From a virus (taxonomy: Duplodnaviria; Caudoviricetes), in the IMG/VR virus record IMGVR_UViG_3300037309_000103, positions 1 to 51,383 of that record: a stretch of 51,383 nt of DNA, one strand, 5' to 3'. Shown here piece after piece: positions 43,940 through 51,383 of this stretch. The notes beneath the pieces were generated by a model. That model was given only the letters and a program-made list of their open reading frames with translations. It searched no databases and was not told the origin of the DNA. Within the stretch, counting starts at the first letter, position 1. Every line of letters starts with the position of its first letter. A program made the position numbers and the translations under genes.

Positions 43940-44331
43940 TGGCCACCCCGCTCGTTCAGTGGAAGTGACAGGTCGACGTCCCGCGAGTGCAGCGGACTCA
44001 CGAGCACACTGGGGGCAGGCTCGTCCGCCAGACGAACGAGCCACCCGATCGCGTCCAGCGTGCTCGGCAGCGTGTACAGGTCGTGCCAAAACGCCTCGCG
44101 GACCTCGCGGCTGAATTCACTCCAGAGCCACACGCCGACCTGCTCCGCGGCCGCAAGCTTGGCCAGTTGCCGCCGGAGGTGGAACGCCTGGGCCGCCCGC
44201 TGGAACGTGCCAAGTTCCTCCAGAGTGTCGAGGATCCACGGCACCCCCGACATGTCGCCGGTGTCGAGCAGGAGCCGAACTGCCGCCCCGAGGTCGGTGC
44301 CGGTGGGTTCGAGTTTGGGTTGCCCGTCCAT
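43936..44331 (-). CDS. Hypothetical protein
   Basis: Start and stop are coupled to neighbours; GGAGG RBS. Confidence 0.55.
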   Translation of the reverse strand: MDGQPKLEPTGTDLGAAVRLLLDTGDMSGVPWILDTLEELGTFQRAAQAFHLRRQLAKLAAAEQVGVWLWSEFSREVREAFWHDLYTLPSTLDAIGWLVRLADEPAPSVLVSPLHSRDVDLSLPLNERGGQ

Positions 44332-44549
44332 CAATCCCCCTCCTGCTCGTCGGCCCCGATCGCCGGGCACCCCGTGTACTGGTCCGCCGCCGTCGCCCGC
44401 CCCGCCTTCCGCGTCAGCAACTCGCTCTGCCGGTACACCCGCTCGGCCAGCGACTCGACCACCCGCCGGGCCGCGTCCCGTTCGGCGGCGAGTATCGCGT
44501 TCTCCCGTCGCAGGCGGTCGATCGTCTCGTGCGCGTCGTACAGGTTCAT
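44331..44549 (-). CDS. Small coiled-coil protein
   Basis: MNLYDAHETIDRLRRENAIL...; ATGA coupling. Confidence 0.55.
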   Translation of the reverse strand: MNLYDAHETIDRLRRENAILAAERDAARRVVESLAERVYRQSELLTRKAGRATAADQYTGCPAIGADEQEGD

Positions 44550-45192
44550 TCGCCCCTCAACGTGATCCGGTCCCCTGACACCTCGAACAACTCTGGGCAT
44601 TCCGCAGCCCGCTTCAACACCACGCTCGCCGGCAATACGGCTTCCGCCGCGATCTCCTCCGCCGTACCCGACCCGCCGAGCGATTCCAGGGCCTCGGCGA
44701 TGGCTTCTTCCTGGTCGAACCGGATGCGGTCCTTCGTCGGGGCGTACTCGGCGTCGGTCAGCCAGTCGCTGGGCTCGACCCGGAGAGGGACGCCAGGTAC
44801 GTCCGGCCCTTCTCGCTGAGGCTGTACGTCACTCCTCGACGGTTGCCTTCCGACCGCTGGAACAGCCCCTTCTCGTTCTCGCTCAGGACGCGGTTCACCG
44901 CTCCCCGGTCCCGGACGATCCGGCTGGCAATCGCCTTTGGTCCGCTTGGCCCGTTTGCGGCCAGGTCGCCGACGATCCGTTCCAGAGTGTCGCCCGACGG
45001 TTGTCGTCGGGCTTTCGACTGGGGGCGGGGCGTCTCCTGCTTCGCCTTCGCCGCTGAGCCCGTTGCAGCTGGCATCGGTGGGGTCGGCTCACCGCTGTCC
45101 GCCGCGGCCTCGGCCCGAAGCTCGCGGAGGACCGCAATTCGCGTCTCGTGGTAGGCGATCTTCTTGTCAAACCATTCCAGTGTGGTGTTCAC
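44546..45192 (-). pseudogene. Winged-helix DNA-binding protein with an apparent frameshift near 44780
   Basis: wHTH (GPKAIASRI...YSLSEKG) continues in another frame as VEPSDWLTD...GSGTAEEIAAE...LFEVSGDRITLRGE* if one G is restored. Confidence 0.55.
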
Positions 45193-46745
45193 GCGACGGA
45201 CTCCTTTCGCTTCCGCTTCGGTGTGGGGGTTTCAGCCTTGGCCGGTTTCGGTTCGAGCAGATCCGCGATCACGTCCGCCGCGGTCCCGGCGACCGGCTTC
45301 GAGATGCCGGGGATCGCCGACAGGAAGGCGTACGCCGAGGTCCGCAGTGGCGTGCCTTCCTCCACGACGTACTCGCGGAGTTTGCTGAGGGTGGTGATCC
45401 CCTTGCGTTCGAGCGAGGCAGCCGCCTGCTCGGGGAAGCGGTCGATTGAGGACAGGTGCTGCTCGGGGGCATTGGGCCGCAACAGCGATACGACCGCGTC
45501 GCGGGCCATCGTCACGAGGAACCCGTCGCGGCCGAGCAACTGGGCAATCGTCGCGTACACCTGCTCGCCCAGGTCGCCGGCGAAGTTCAGTTCTTCGACC
45601 TTCTTCGCGAGGTCGCCGATCGTCTTGACCTTGTGCAGCGGCTTATCCAGATCCTGCCAGATTGACGCCGGCATCCCGTCGACCCGACACAGCGGCAGGT
45701 CGCCGACGGCCGGCACCTGGGCGGGGTCGATGAACCCGGCCCACGCCGACGCGTCCCCTTGAGCCTCCAGGACGCCGCTTGGCTTGTCGGCACGGGGCAG
45801 CGGCTTGCCGTGCATCCAGAGCCGCTGCAGCTCGGCGTTCGCCGTCGCCGCGTCTCCGAGCGGCCGAGACCAGTCCCAGTACGTCGGCCCCGGCTCGGTC
45901 CCCGCGGGCAAAACGATGACCTCGTCGCCGTTCTTCGCGGTGATCCGGCCGTCCGACTGACGCTGCAGGTCATTGATGAGCCCGCCCTCCTTCTCGCCCT
46001 TTCCTCTCGGCTGGAAGGTCAGCGTCCACGTGGGCCGACCCCCGCGACTCCCGTGGCGCTCGACCGACTTCACCGTGTACGGCCCGGTGCCGTAGCTCGA
46101 CCGGACGACGTCGCCGGGCTTCGCGATCGGCGCGTCGAGGTCGACCGCCGCGGGCCGCGGGTCGCACCCCTTCGCCTTGAGGAACGAGTACACCGCGTCC
46201 ACCGTCGGCCCGATCTGTTGCGAGGCGACCTTGATGTGCTTCAGGCACTCCCAAAGCCCGCGGTCGTTCGCCATGCCGCCGACGTCGTATCGGTCTTCCT
46301 CGACCCAGTCCCACAGGTCGCCGACGGTCGCGATCTCACCGAACTGGTCGAGCTTCTTCAGCACCGCCGAGGGCACCCCGATGAGGGCGAGGCCCTGGGC
46401 GCGGACGTCGGCGGGGAGGCCGTCGCTCTCGGGGGCTTCTGGCTCAATCGCGGAGAGGTCGAGGGCCGGGGCCGGTGCCTCGTCGACGGCGACGCGGTCC
46501 CCGTAGTGCCCCGGTCCAGGCAAGGTCGCGACCGGCTCCGGGGGAGGTTCGACGGCATCGAACAGCGACGCCGGGGCCCGGCCGAGCAGCACGGCGATCG
46601 CCTCGGCGACCTTCCGGTCCCAGTCGCGGAGTTCGACCCCCTTCTCGCGGGTCTGCCTCTTGAGGTCGTCGATCTCGGCGCGGCACCGCTGCTGGCCGTC
46701 CTCGGCGATCCGCAGCGCGATGATGTTGGGATTGGGCTCGGTCAC
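45189..46745 (-). CDS. Large multi-domain hypothetical protein
   Basis: 518 aa with host-like codon usage and repeated (K/A)T(I/V)GDL helical units. Confidence 0.65.
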   Translation of the reverse strand: MTEPNPNIIALRIAEDGQQRCRAEIDDLKRQTREKGVELRDWDRKVAEAIAVLLGRAPASLFDAVEPPPEPVATLPGPGHYGDRVAVDEAPAPALDLSAIEPEAPESDGLPADVRAQGLALIGVPSAVLKKLDQFGEIATVGDLWDWVEEDRYDVGGMANDRGLWECLKHIKVASQQIGPTVDAVYSFLKAKGCDPRPAAVDLDAPIAKPGDVVRSSYGTGPYTVKSVERHGSRGGRPTWTLTFQPRGKGEKEGGLINDLQRQSDGRITAKNGDEVIVLPAGTEPGPTYWDWSRPLGDAATANAELQRLWMHGKPLPRADKPSGVLEAQGDASAWAGFIDPAQVPAVGDLPLCRVDGMPASIWQDLDKPLHKVKTIGDLAKKVEELNFAGDLGEQVYATIAQLLGRDGFLVTMARDAVVSLLRPNAPEQHLSSIDRFPEQAAASLERKGITTLSKLREYVVEEGTPLRTSAYAFLSAIPGISKPVAGTAADVIADLLEPKPAKAETPTPKRKRKESVA

Positions 46746-46755
46746 CTTCGGCTCC

Positions 46756-47379
46756 TTATGCGTAGTTGAGTCCGGCGCGGATCAGGCGGATGACGTCGCG
46801 GGCGTCGCCCAGGGCGGTGTGGGCTTCCGTTTGTTTGAGGTTCGCCCGGTCGAGGCACGTGGCCATGTCGGGCGGCGCGTCGTCGTCCTGGTCGAGCCAG
46901 AGCGTTACGGGGTCGAGGACGCGATGGCGGAAGACGCCCTTCGGCCAGCCGGGAAGTTGATCGAGGAACAGCTTGTCGAAGGTCGCGAAGTTTTTGCCCG
47001 CGGCGGTGACCCTCGCAGCGTGGCCCACGTCCGAGCCGAACTGGTCGCGGAGGAAGGTCAGGACGTGGTGGGCGGCGGCGTCCGGCGGGTAACGGATCTC
47101 GAACTCGTCCTTCTCCTGGAACAGCCGCACGTGGTGGGCGGCGGCGTCCGGCGGGTAACGGATCTCGAACTCGTCCTTCTCCTGGAACAGCCGCACGTTC
47201 ATCTCCAACGCCCGCCACGACGCGACCACCTCGTCGTGCTTCAGCGCGAGCCGCATGAACGGCAGGTCCTCGACCGGCGTCTTCCAGTCCGTCTCGACGA
47301 CGACAGCGATCTCCAGCACCTGGTGGCGGTGCGGGTCCAGGCCCGTCGTCTCGATGTCGAAGCTGGCGTACTTCAGCAC
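46756..47379 (-). CDS. DEDDh 3'-5' exonuclease with a 22-aa in-frame duplication
   Basis: FDIETTGLD, GKNFATFD, RVLD, AHTALGDA. Confidence 0.85.
   Translation of the reverse strand: MLKYASFDIETTGLDPHRHQVLEIAVVVETDWKTPVEDLPFMRLALKHDEVVASWRALEMNVRLFQEKDEFEIRYPPDAAAHHVRLFQEKDEFEIRYPPDAAAHHVLTFLRDQFGSDVGHAARVTAAGKNFATFDKLFLDQLPGWPKGVFRHRVLDPVTLWLDQDDDAPPDMATCLDRANLKQTEAHTALGDARDVIRLIRAGLNYA
47063..47198. repeat. Perfect 66-bp tandem duplication
   Basis: 47063-47128 equals 47129-47194, bounded by ACGT microhomology. Confidence 0.9.
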
Positions 47380-47861
47380 GATTCGACCCTCACGTGGACT
47401 CGTGTCTTGCCGTAACTCGGACGCTGCCGGTACCGCCACCGCACCTTGTCCCGGTCCCCGTCGTCGACTCCCAGCGCCGCCGCGATCGCGTCCTGCACCC
47501 ACTTGAGCGACGTCACCATTCCGTCGCGGTCCATCCGCTTGATTCCGCCGGTCCGGGTCAGAGTCACCCTCACCGGCGGCGGCGGCAGGTGCGGCGGGAT
47601 CGCCACCTGGCACGCGACCTTCGCCGCCTTCTTGCGGGCAAGCTTCGCGGGCAGCCCGCCGCCGAGGTTCGACTCGTTCGTCGGCCGCCAGTCGATCTCG
47701 AATTCGACCGCCCACTGCTGCACGTCCGGCTCGGCTGATTCGCTCGCCCTCGACTTCGTCGGCACAAGCTTCTCGACCGGGAGCCCCGCGACCTGGTCTG
47801 CCGTGACCAGCCCGTTCCGCACCGCCTGTTCGAGCCAGCCGCTATTCGTCGGAAGCCCCAT
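47373..47861 (-). CDS. RusA-like Holliday junction resolvase
   Basis: VRVTLTR...MDRDG...LKWVQDAIAAALGVDDGD. Confidence 0.6.
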   Translation of the reverse strand: MGLPTNSGWLEQAVRNGLVTADQVAGLPVEKLVPTKSRASESAEPDVQQWAVEFEIDWRPTNESNLGGGLPAKLARKKAAKVACQVAIPPHLPPPPVRVTLTRTGGIKRMDRDGMVTSLKWVQDAIAAALGVDDGDRDKVRWRYRQRPSYGKTRVHVRVESC

Positions 47862-48174
47862 CCGTTTCTTCCTCGCATGACCTCCGCTCGGCCTCGACCT
47901 TCCGCCCGACATCGGACCAGTCCGCATCCTTCGGGTGCCACAAACTCTCGCCCGCCGCGGCTCGGGCTTCCAGGACCGCGACCTTTTCCGCTGATCCAGG
48001 GACCGCATCGGTCGGCTTCGCGGGCAAAGGCTGCACCCCGGTGATGTTCCCGGCGCCGCGTCTCGCGAACTTGCTAGTTGACGGGTACAGGTCTTTCACG
48101 CCAGGGGTGTAGTAACGCTTCCATCCGAGGCCGCGAGGACGGTTAGCCGGCTCTCGCCGGCAGTGCCGGCACAC
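47842..48174 (-). CDS. Gemmataceae-type conserved hypothetical protein
   Basis: CRHC...NRPRGL.W..YYTPGV.DLYPSTSKFARRG...PGS.EK..L..R......LWHP.D. Confidence 0.6.
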   Translation of the reverse strand: MCRHCRREPANRPRGLGWKRYYTPGVKDLYPSTSKFARRGAGNITGVQPLPAKPTDAVPGSAEKVAVLEARAAAGESLWHPKDADWSDVGRKVEAERRSCEEETDGASDE

Positions 48175-48679
48175 CTTCGGTCCAGAACCTTCCGTTGACA
48201 ATTCCGCAGATATGAGCACCGGACACCCCGTATTCATGCCCCAGGGATACTTGAGTCACCCCTCCAAGGGCGTACCGTCGCCGAATCTCCAACACTTCGG
48301 CAGCCGACAGTTTTCTGCGTCCGTGCCGCTCCCCCCTCGCCGGTCGGTAGGGGCCTTTGACCACGTGCCTCCCCTTTGCGATCATGTCTGCCGTGTTGTC
48401 GGCCGCCGTCCCCAAAAACAGATGCGTCGGGTTGCATCACCTCCGCACGTCGCACCTACGGAGCACGAACAACCCGCCAGGTATTGGCCCGCGATACAAC
48501 TCCCAGACAAGCCTGTGCGCCAGCAACGTTGTTCGGCCGACGCGAATCTGTCCGTACCCGACTCCCGTGACCGAAGCGGCCCAGAGCCAGCATTCCACGC
48601 CGAAGTCAACTTTTGACCAAAACCGAGCTGTGAACCGGGCGTCTGTCCAAGCTGGCAGCAAAGCGTTCTTGGCAACCAT
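48143..48679 (-). pseudogene. HNH homing endonuclease with an in-frame stop
   Basis: RFWSKV...CWLW...GYGQI...AHRLVW...VLRRCDVRR*CNPTHLFLGT..DN..DM; TGA at 48437-48439. Confidence 0.8.
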
Positions 48680-48772
48680 CGTCGCGCCCTTTCACTGATT
48701 GCAGGACCAACACAACGCCCGAGGTCGGTTCGCATGGGTCTTTCGGCAGTGTTGGCACACGAGCCGTTCCAC

Positions 48773-49948
48773 TCACGCCACCGCCTTCCGCCCCGCGATC
48801 CAGTGCTGAATGCGGCGGAGTTCGTCCTGCCACTGCGGGCCGAGCCGCTTGTCGAGGAACGCGAAGTACATCTGCTCGACCGTCTCGACCAGGTCGCGGA
48901 CCGCCTGCAGCCGGTGCTCGTCCCGCGCCCGGCCCGTCGCGTCGTCGGGCGGGGCCGGCAGCTTGGCAGCGGTAATCGCGAGCGACTCGGCAACGATCTT
49001 GAAGCTGAACTGGTCGGCGTGGCGGACCACGGTCAACGCCGCCTTCGTCGGGATCTTCCCGACGGTGAGTCCGGCCCGGGCCTCGGGCGTCCGGATCCCG
49101 CTGTCCGAGTTGATGACGTCGTCGCCCTGGCCGCGCGGACAGCCGAGTCGGACCCCGCCGGAGAACAGGAACGTCGCCTCCGACCCGTCCGGGCATTCGA
49201 GCGTGTCCGAGTCCTGCTCGGCGATGTGCCAGAGCCAGATCAGGAACTCGCTGCCGAGGAAGTCCGGGACGTCGGGGTCAACCGACCACTTCGGCTCGTC
49301 CGGCGTGACGCCGCGGACGAACTCGGACAGCCGCTCGCTCTTGGCCTCGGGGTGTCGCGACACGGCCAGCGTTCCCGCCGAGATCGGCGTCAACCCGCGG
49401 GCCATCAGATCCACCTGCGTCAGGTCGCTGCCGAAGGTCTGCCCGAACAGCGAGCACAGCCGGGCGGCCGCGTTGTCCGACGTCGTCCCGAAGTACACCT
49501 CGTTCCGGCCGGCGTCCCAGAGGATCGGGTCGATCTTCCGCTTCAAGAACCGGCCGTCCTTCGCCTGCTCCCAGAGTCGATCTTTGGCCGACTCGCGGGC
49601 CTCCCGCTTCTGCCGGGACGACGGGTAGCCGCTCGGGTTGTTCCGCGAGAGGGCGGCCAGGTCCGCGACGTAGTACGCCTTCAGCAGATCCGCCGGCAGC
49701 CGGTCCGTCTGCGTCCACAGGTCGAAGAGCAGGTGGTCCGGCCACACGTTCTTCCCCTCGGTGAACGTGGTGTCGAGGATCGACTCCCCGCCCGTCCACC
49801 CGGTCTCGACGCCGTCGGCCGACGCGATCCGCTGGGTGCCGGCGGCGTGAGCCCGCAGACGATCCAGGTGCTCGCCGCCGAAGAACCGCGGCCGCGGACC
49901 ATCGACCGCGAACCGCCGCACCGTGACCGATCCCGATAGCCAGTTCAT
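48773..49948 (-). CDS. RdgC-like recombination-associated protein
   Basis: GSVTVRRFAV, GW..G..ILD..F, FLGSEFLIWLW, PEARAGL..GK.P. Confidence 0.65.
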   Translation of the reverse strand: MNWLSGSVTVRRFAVDGPRPRFFGGEHLDRLRAHAAGTQRIASADGVETGWTGGESILDTTFTEGKNVWPDHLLFDLWTQTDRLPADLLKAYYVADLAALSRNNPSGYPSSRQKREARESAKDRLWEQAKDGRFLKRKIDPILWDAGRNEVYFGTTSDNAAARLCSLFGQTFGSDLTQVDLMARGLTPISAGTLAVSRHPEAKSERLSEFVRGVTPDEPKWSVDPDVPDFLGSEFLIWLWHIAEQDSDTLECPDGSEATFLFSGGVRLGCPRGQGDDVINSDSGIRTPEARAGLTVGKIPTKAALTVVRHADQFSFKIVAESLAITAAKLPAPPDDATGRARDEHRLQAVRDLVETVEQMYFAFLDKRLGPQWQDELRRIQHWIAGRKAVA

Positions 49949-50199
49949 GCGTCCCTCGTTTCGGCGGCGGTGTCGAAGAGCGAACCGGCCCCCGTCACCT
50001 GATTCAGCGCGACGATCTTCTCTTTCAGCCGTCGCAGGTAATCGGCCGCGACCTTGCGGGCGGCGTCGTCCTTGTTCCGGGCGAGCGAGTCCTGGGACTG
50101 GATCACTCGGTTCGCCGCGTAAGCGACCTCTTCCAGGGCCGCGAGACGTTGCGAGTTGGCTTTCGTGCGCGTCGTGGGGTCGGATGCGTTTTCGGCCAT
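49945..50199 (-). CDS. Small hypothetical protein
   Basis: AAGGAG RBS; ATGA coupling. Confidence 0.55.
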   Translation of the reverse strand: MAENASDPTTRTKANSQRLAALEEVAYAANRVIQSQDSLARNKDDAARKVAADYLRRLKEKIVALNQVTGAGSLFDTAAETRDA

Positions 50200-50285
50200 G
50201 TCCCACTCCTTTCGCGGATTTCCGTACACAAAACTCTAACCCGTTGTCTGTTCGCTATTTCCGGCCAACACACCTTGTACATTCA

Positions 50286-50376
50286 GCGCCACGAAACCCC
50301 GTTGTTTGGTGAATAAACTCAGGCAGCCCCGTCGACCGAGCGAGTTGTTTCACCAGAAAACGGGGTTTCGTGGCGC
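50286..50376. repeat. Long inverted repeat (18 bp perfect, ~35 bp imperfect arms)
   Basis: GCGCCACGAAACCCCGTT (50286-50303) is the reverse complement of 50359-50376. Confidence 0.75.
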
Positions 50377-51383
50377 AAAGTGGACGTTGAGTGTACAGAA
50401 GCCTGTGAGAACGCTTGAGGGTTGACCTCGAACCGCGGCGTGGGCTTCCGGCCGGTCGCCGCCTGTGGCTGGTCGAGGTACCGGACCCAGTTCATCTGAC
50501 GCAGTAACCGCAGCGGATCGGCCCAGTCCTCGGGCTGCCGGACGTGGCGGCGGAGGTCTCGGTGCAATTCGGACCGGGAGAATTCGGCTAGGCACTTCCG
50601 GCGGACCCACTCGACCACCACGCTCGCCAGGCCCATGCGCTGGTCGCAGGACGTCGCGTCCCAGACCCGTCGGGCGTGGGCGAGGAAGTATTCAGCGAGG
50701 GCCATTCCCGCCGCCATGTCCGCCGCGGTGACGACCGCGATGGAACCGCTCTCCCCAGCGACCCGCAAGGCGAACGCGATGACGGCGAGCCGTGCCGCGT
50801 ACCCCTTCAACTTCGCGTACACCCCCTTGAGCCGGTCCTGGGTCCGAGCCGCGTCCGCCGCGAACCGGTCCATTCGCGGGCACCAGTGGTCGAAGAACAG
50901 TTCGTCGGCACCGGGATCGAGGTTGAGGTAGAACGGCCGGCCGGCCGACTCTCCTTTCTCGTTGGGATCCGCCTTCTCGCCGGCCGGCCTCGGTTGGTCC
51001 TCGTACATTGGGCGGCTCAGGATCGCGGCCGCGACTCGCTCCCACGCCGAGCCGTCGACGGCCCGGCGGCTCGTCTTCGGACTCAGCCGGTCCGGGTACG
51101 CGAACAGCACCCGTTCGAGGAACCCGTCGTCCTTGCCGACCAGGTCGCCGAGCCGGTCCGGCTGGATGCCGCCGAGGACCGAGACGAACGGGTGCGGGAT
51201 CGTGCTGTACCCCTCGGCCAGGTTCTTCCGGACCACGGTCCAGGACTTCCCCGTCCAGTTGGACAGCCAAAAGTCGCGGTCGCTCCCCTTGCCGCCCGCC
51301 TTGTACTGGTTGAACGACCCGACCCACCCGGCGATCTCGTCCACCGTCAGGCAGACGCCGCGGGGCCGTTTCTTGAGCAAAGG
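50319..51383 (-). CDS. DUF3987/YfjI-family replication protein (primase-associated helicase-like), 5' part outside the window
   Basis: DEIAGWV, DRDFWLSNW, VSVLGGIQP, DDGFLERVLF; C-terminal wHTH. Confidence 0.8.
   Translation of the reverse strand, partial: PLLKKRPRGVCLTVDEIAGWVGSFNQYKAGGKGSDRDFWLSNWTGKSWTVVRKNLAEGYSTIPHPFVSVLGGIQPDRLGDLVGKDDGFLERVLFAYPDRLSPKTSRRAVDGSAWERVAAAILSRPMYEDQPRPAGEKADPNEKGESAGRPFYLNLDPGADELFFDHWCPRMDRFAADAARTQDRLKGVYAKLKGYAARLAVIAFALRVAGESGSIAVVTAADMAAGMALAEYFLAHARRVWDATSCDQRMGLASVVVEWVRRKCLAEFSRSELHRDLRRHVRQPEDWADPLRLLRQMNWVRYLDQPQAATGRKPTPRFEVNPQAFSQASVHSTSTLRHETPFSGETTRSVDGAA

Larger units (their letters stand above)
761..51383 (-). mobile_element. Prophage (siphovirus-type, Mu-like head maturation genes), continues beyond the right edge
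   Basis: Contiguous terminase, portal, protease, capsid, tail and replication genes. Left boundary inferred from the last host gene; integrase and att sites not seen. Confidence 0.92.

Noticed and set aside
47063-47198. Possible CRISPR or DGR repeat
   Set aside because: Two adjacent identical copies with no spacer and no adenine-specific mismatches; no cas or reverse transcriptase gene in the window
48437-48439. TGA at a Cys position read as selenocysteine or recoding
   Set aside because: No evident SECIS hairpin downstream, the catalytic His is also lost, and TGA is the normal stop in many other genes here

Overview
The first ~760 bp are host genes: the 3' end of a 2-oxoacid:ferredoxin oxidoreductase beta subunit and a zinc-ribbon/CBS protein. 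The rest (~761-51383) is a high-GC siphovirus-type prophage that runs off the right edge, with no integrase or att site visible. The host is very likely a planctomycete (Gemmataceae-like), based on a TIGR02996 protein and planctomycete-type cytochrome c and RdgC-like proteins. Almost all phage genes are on the minus strand. In transcription order they are: replication/recombination genes; the tail module (tube, -1 frameshifted chaperones, tape measure, tip proteins); a heptose/glycosylation cassette; terS-terL; a 1203-aa portal fusion; a lower-GC fibre module; Mu-like protease/scaffold, decoration protein and major capsid; then a matrixin plus cytochrome c cassette. The most notable observations are: (1) an HldA kinase and two GT9-type glycosyltransferase fusions coupled to a poly-Ser tail gene, a candidate virion heptosylation system; (2) a portal fused to ParB-like and zincin domains and followed by an immunity-sized ORF; (3) eight promoters of the form G(T/A)CAGGCAACC-N8-nAnnnT, with a twin-AP2-like candidate activator; (4) no classical endolysin or holin, but a membrane-anchored metalloprotease and two CxxCH proteins at the end of the late region. 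Several lesions suggest partial decay or assembly errors. All family calls come from motif recognition by eye; no database searches were run.
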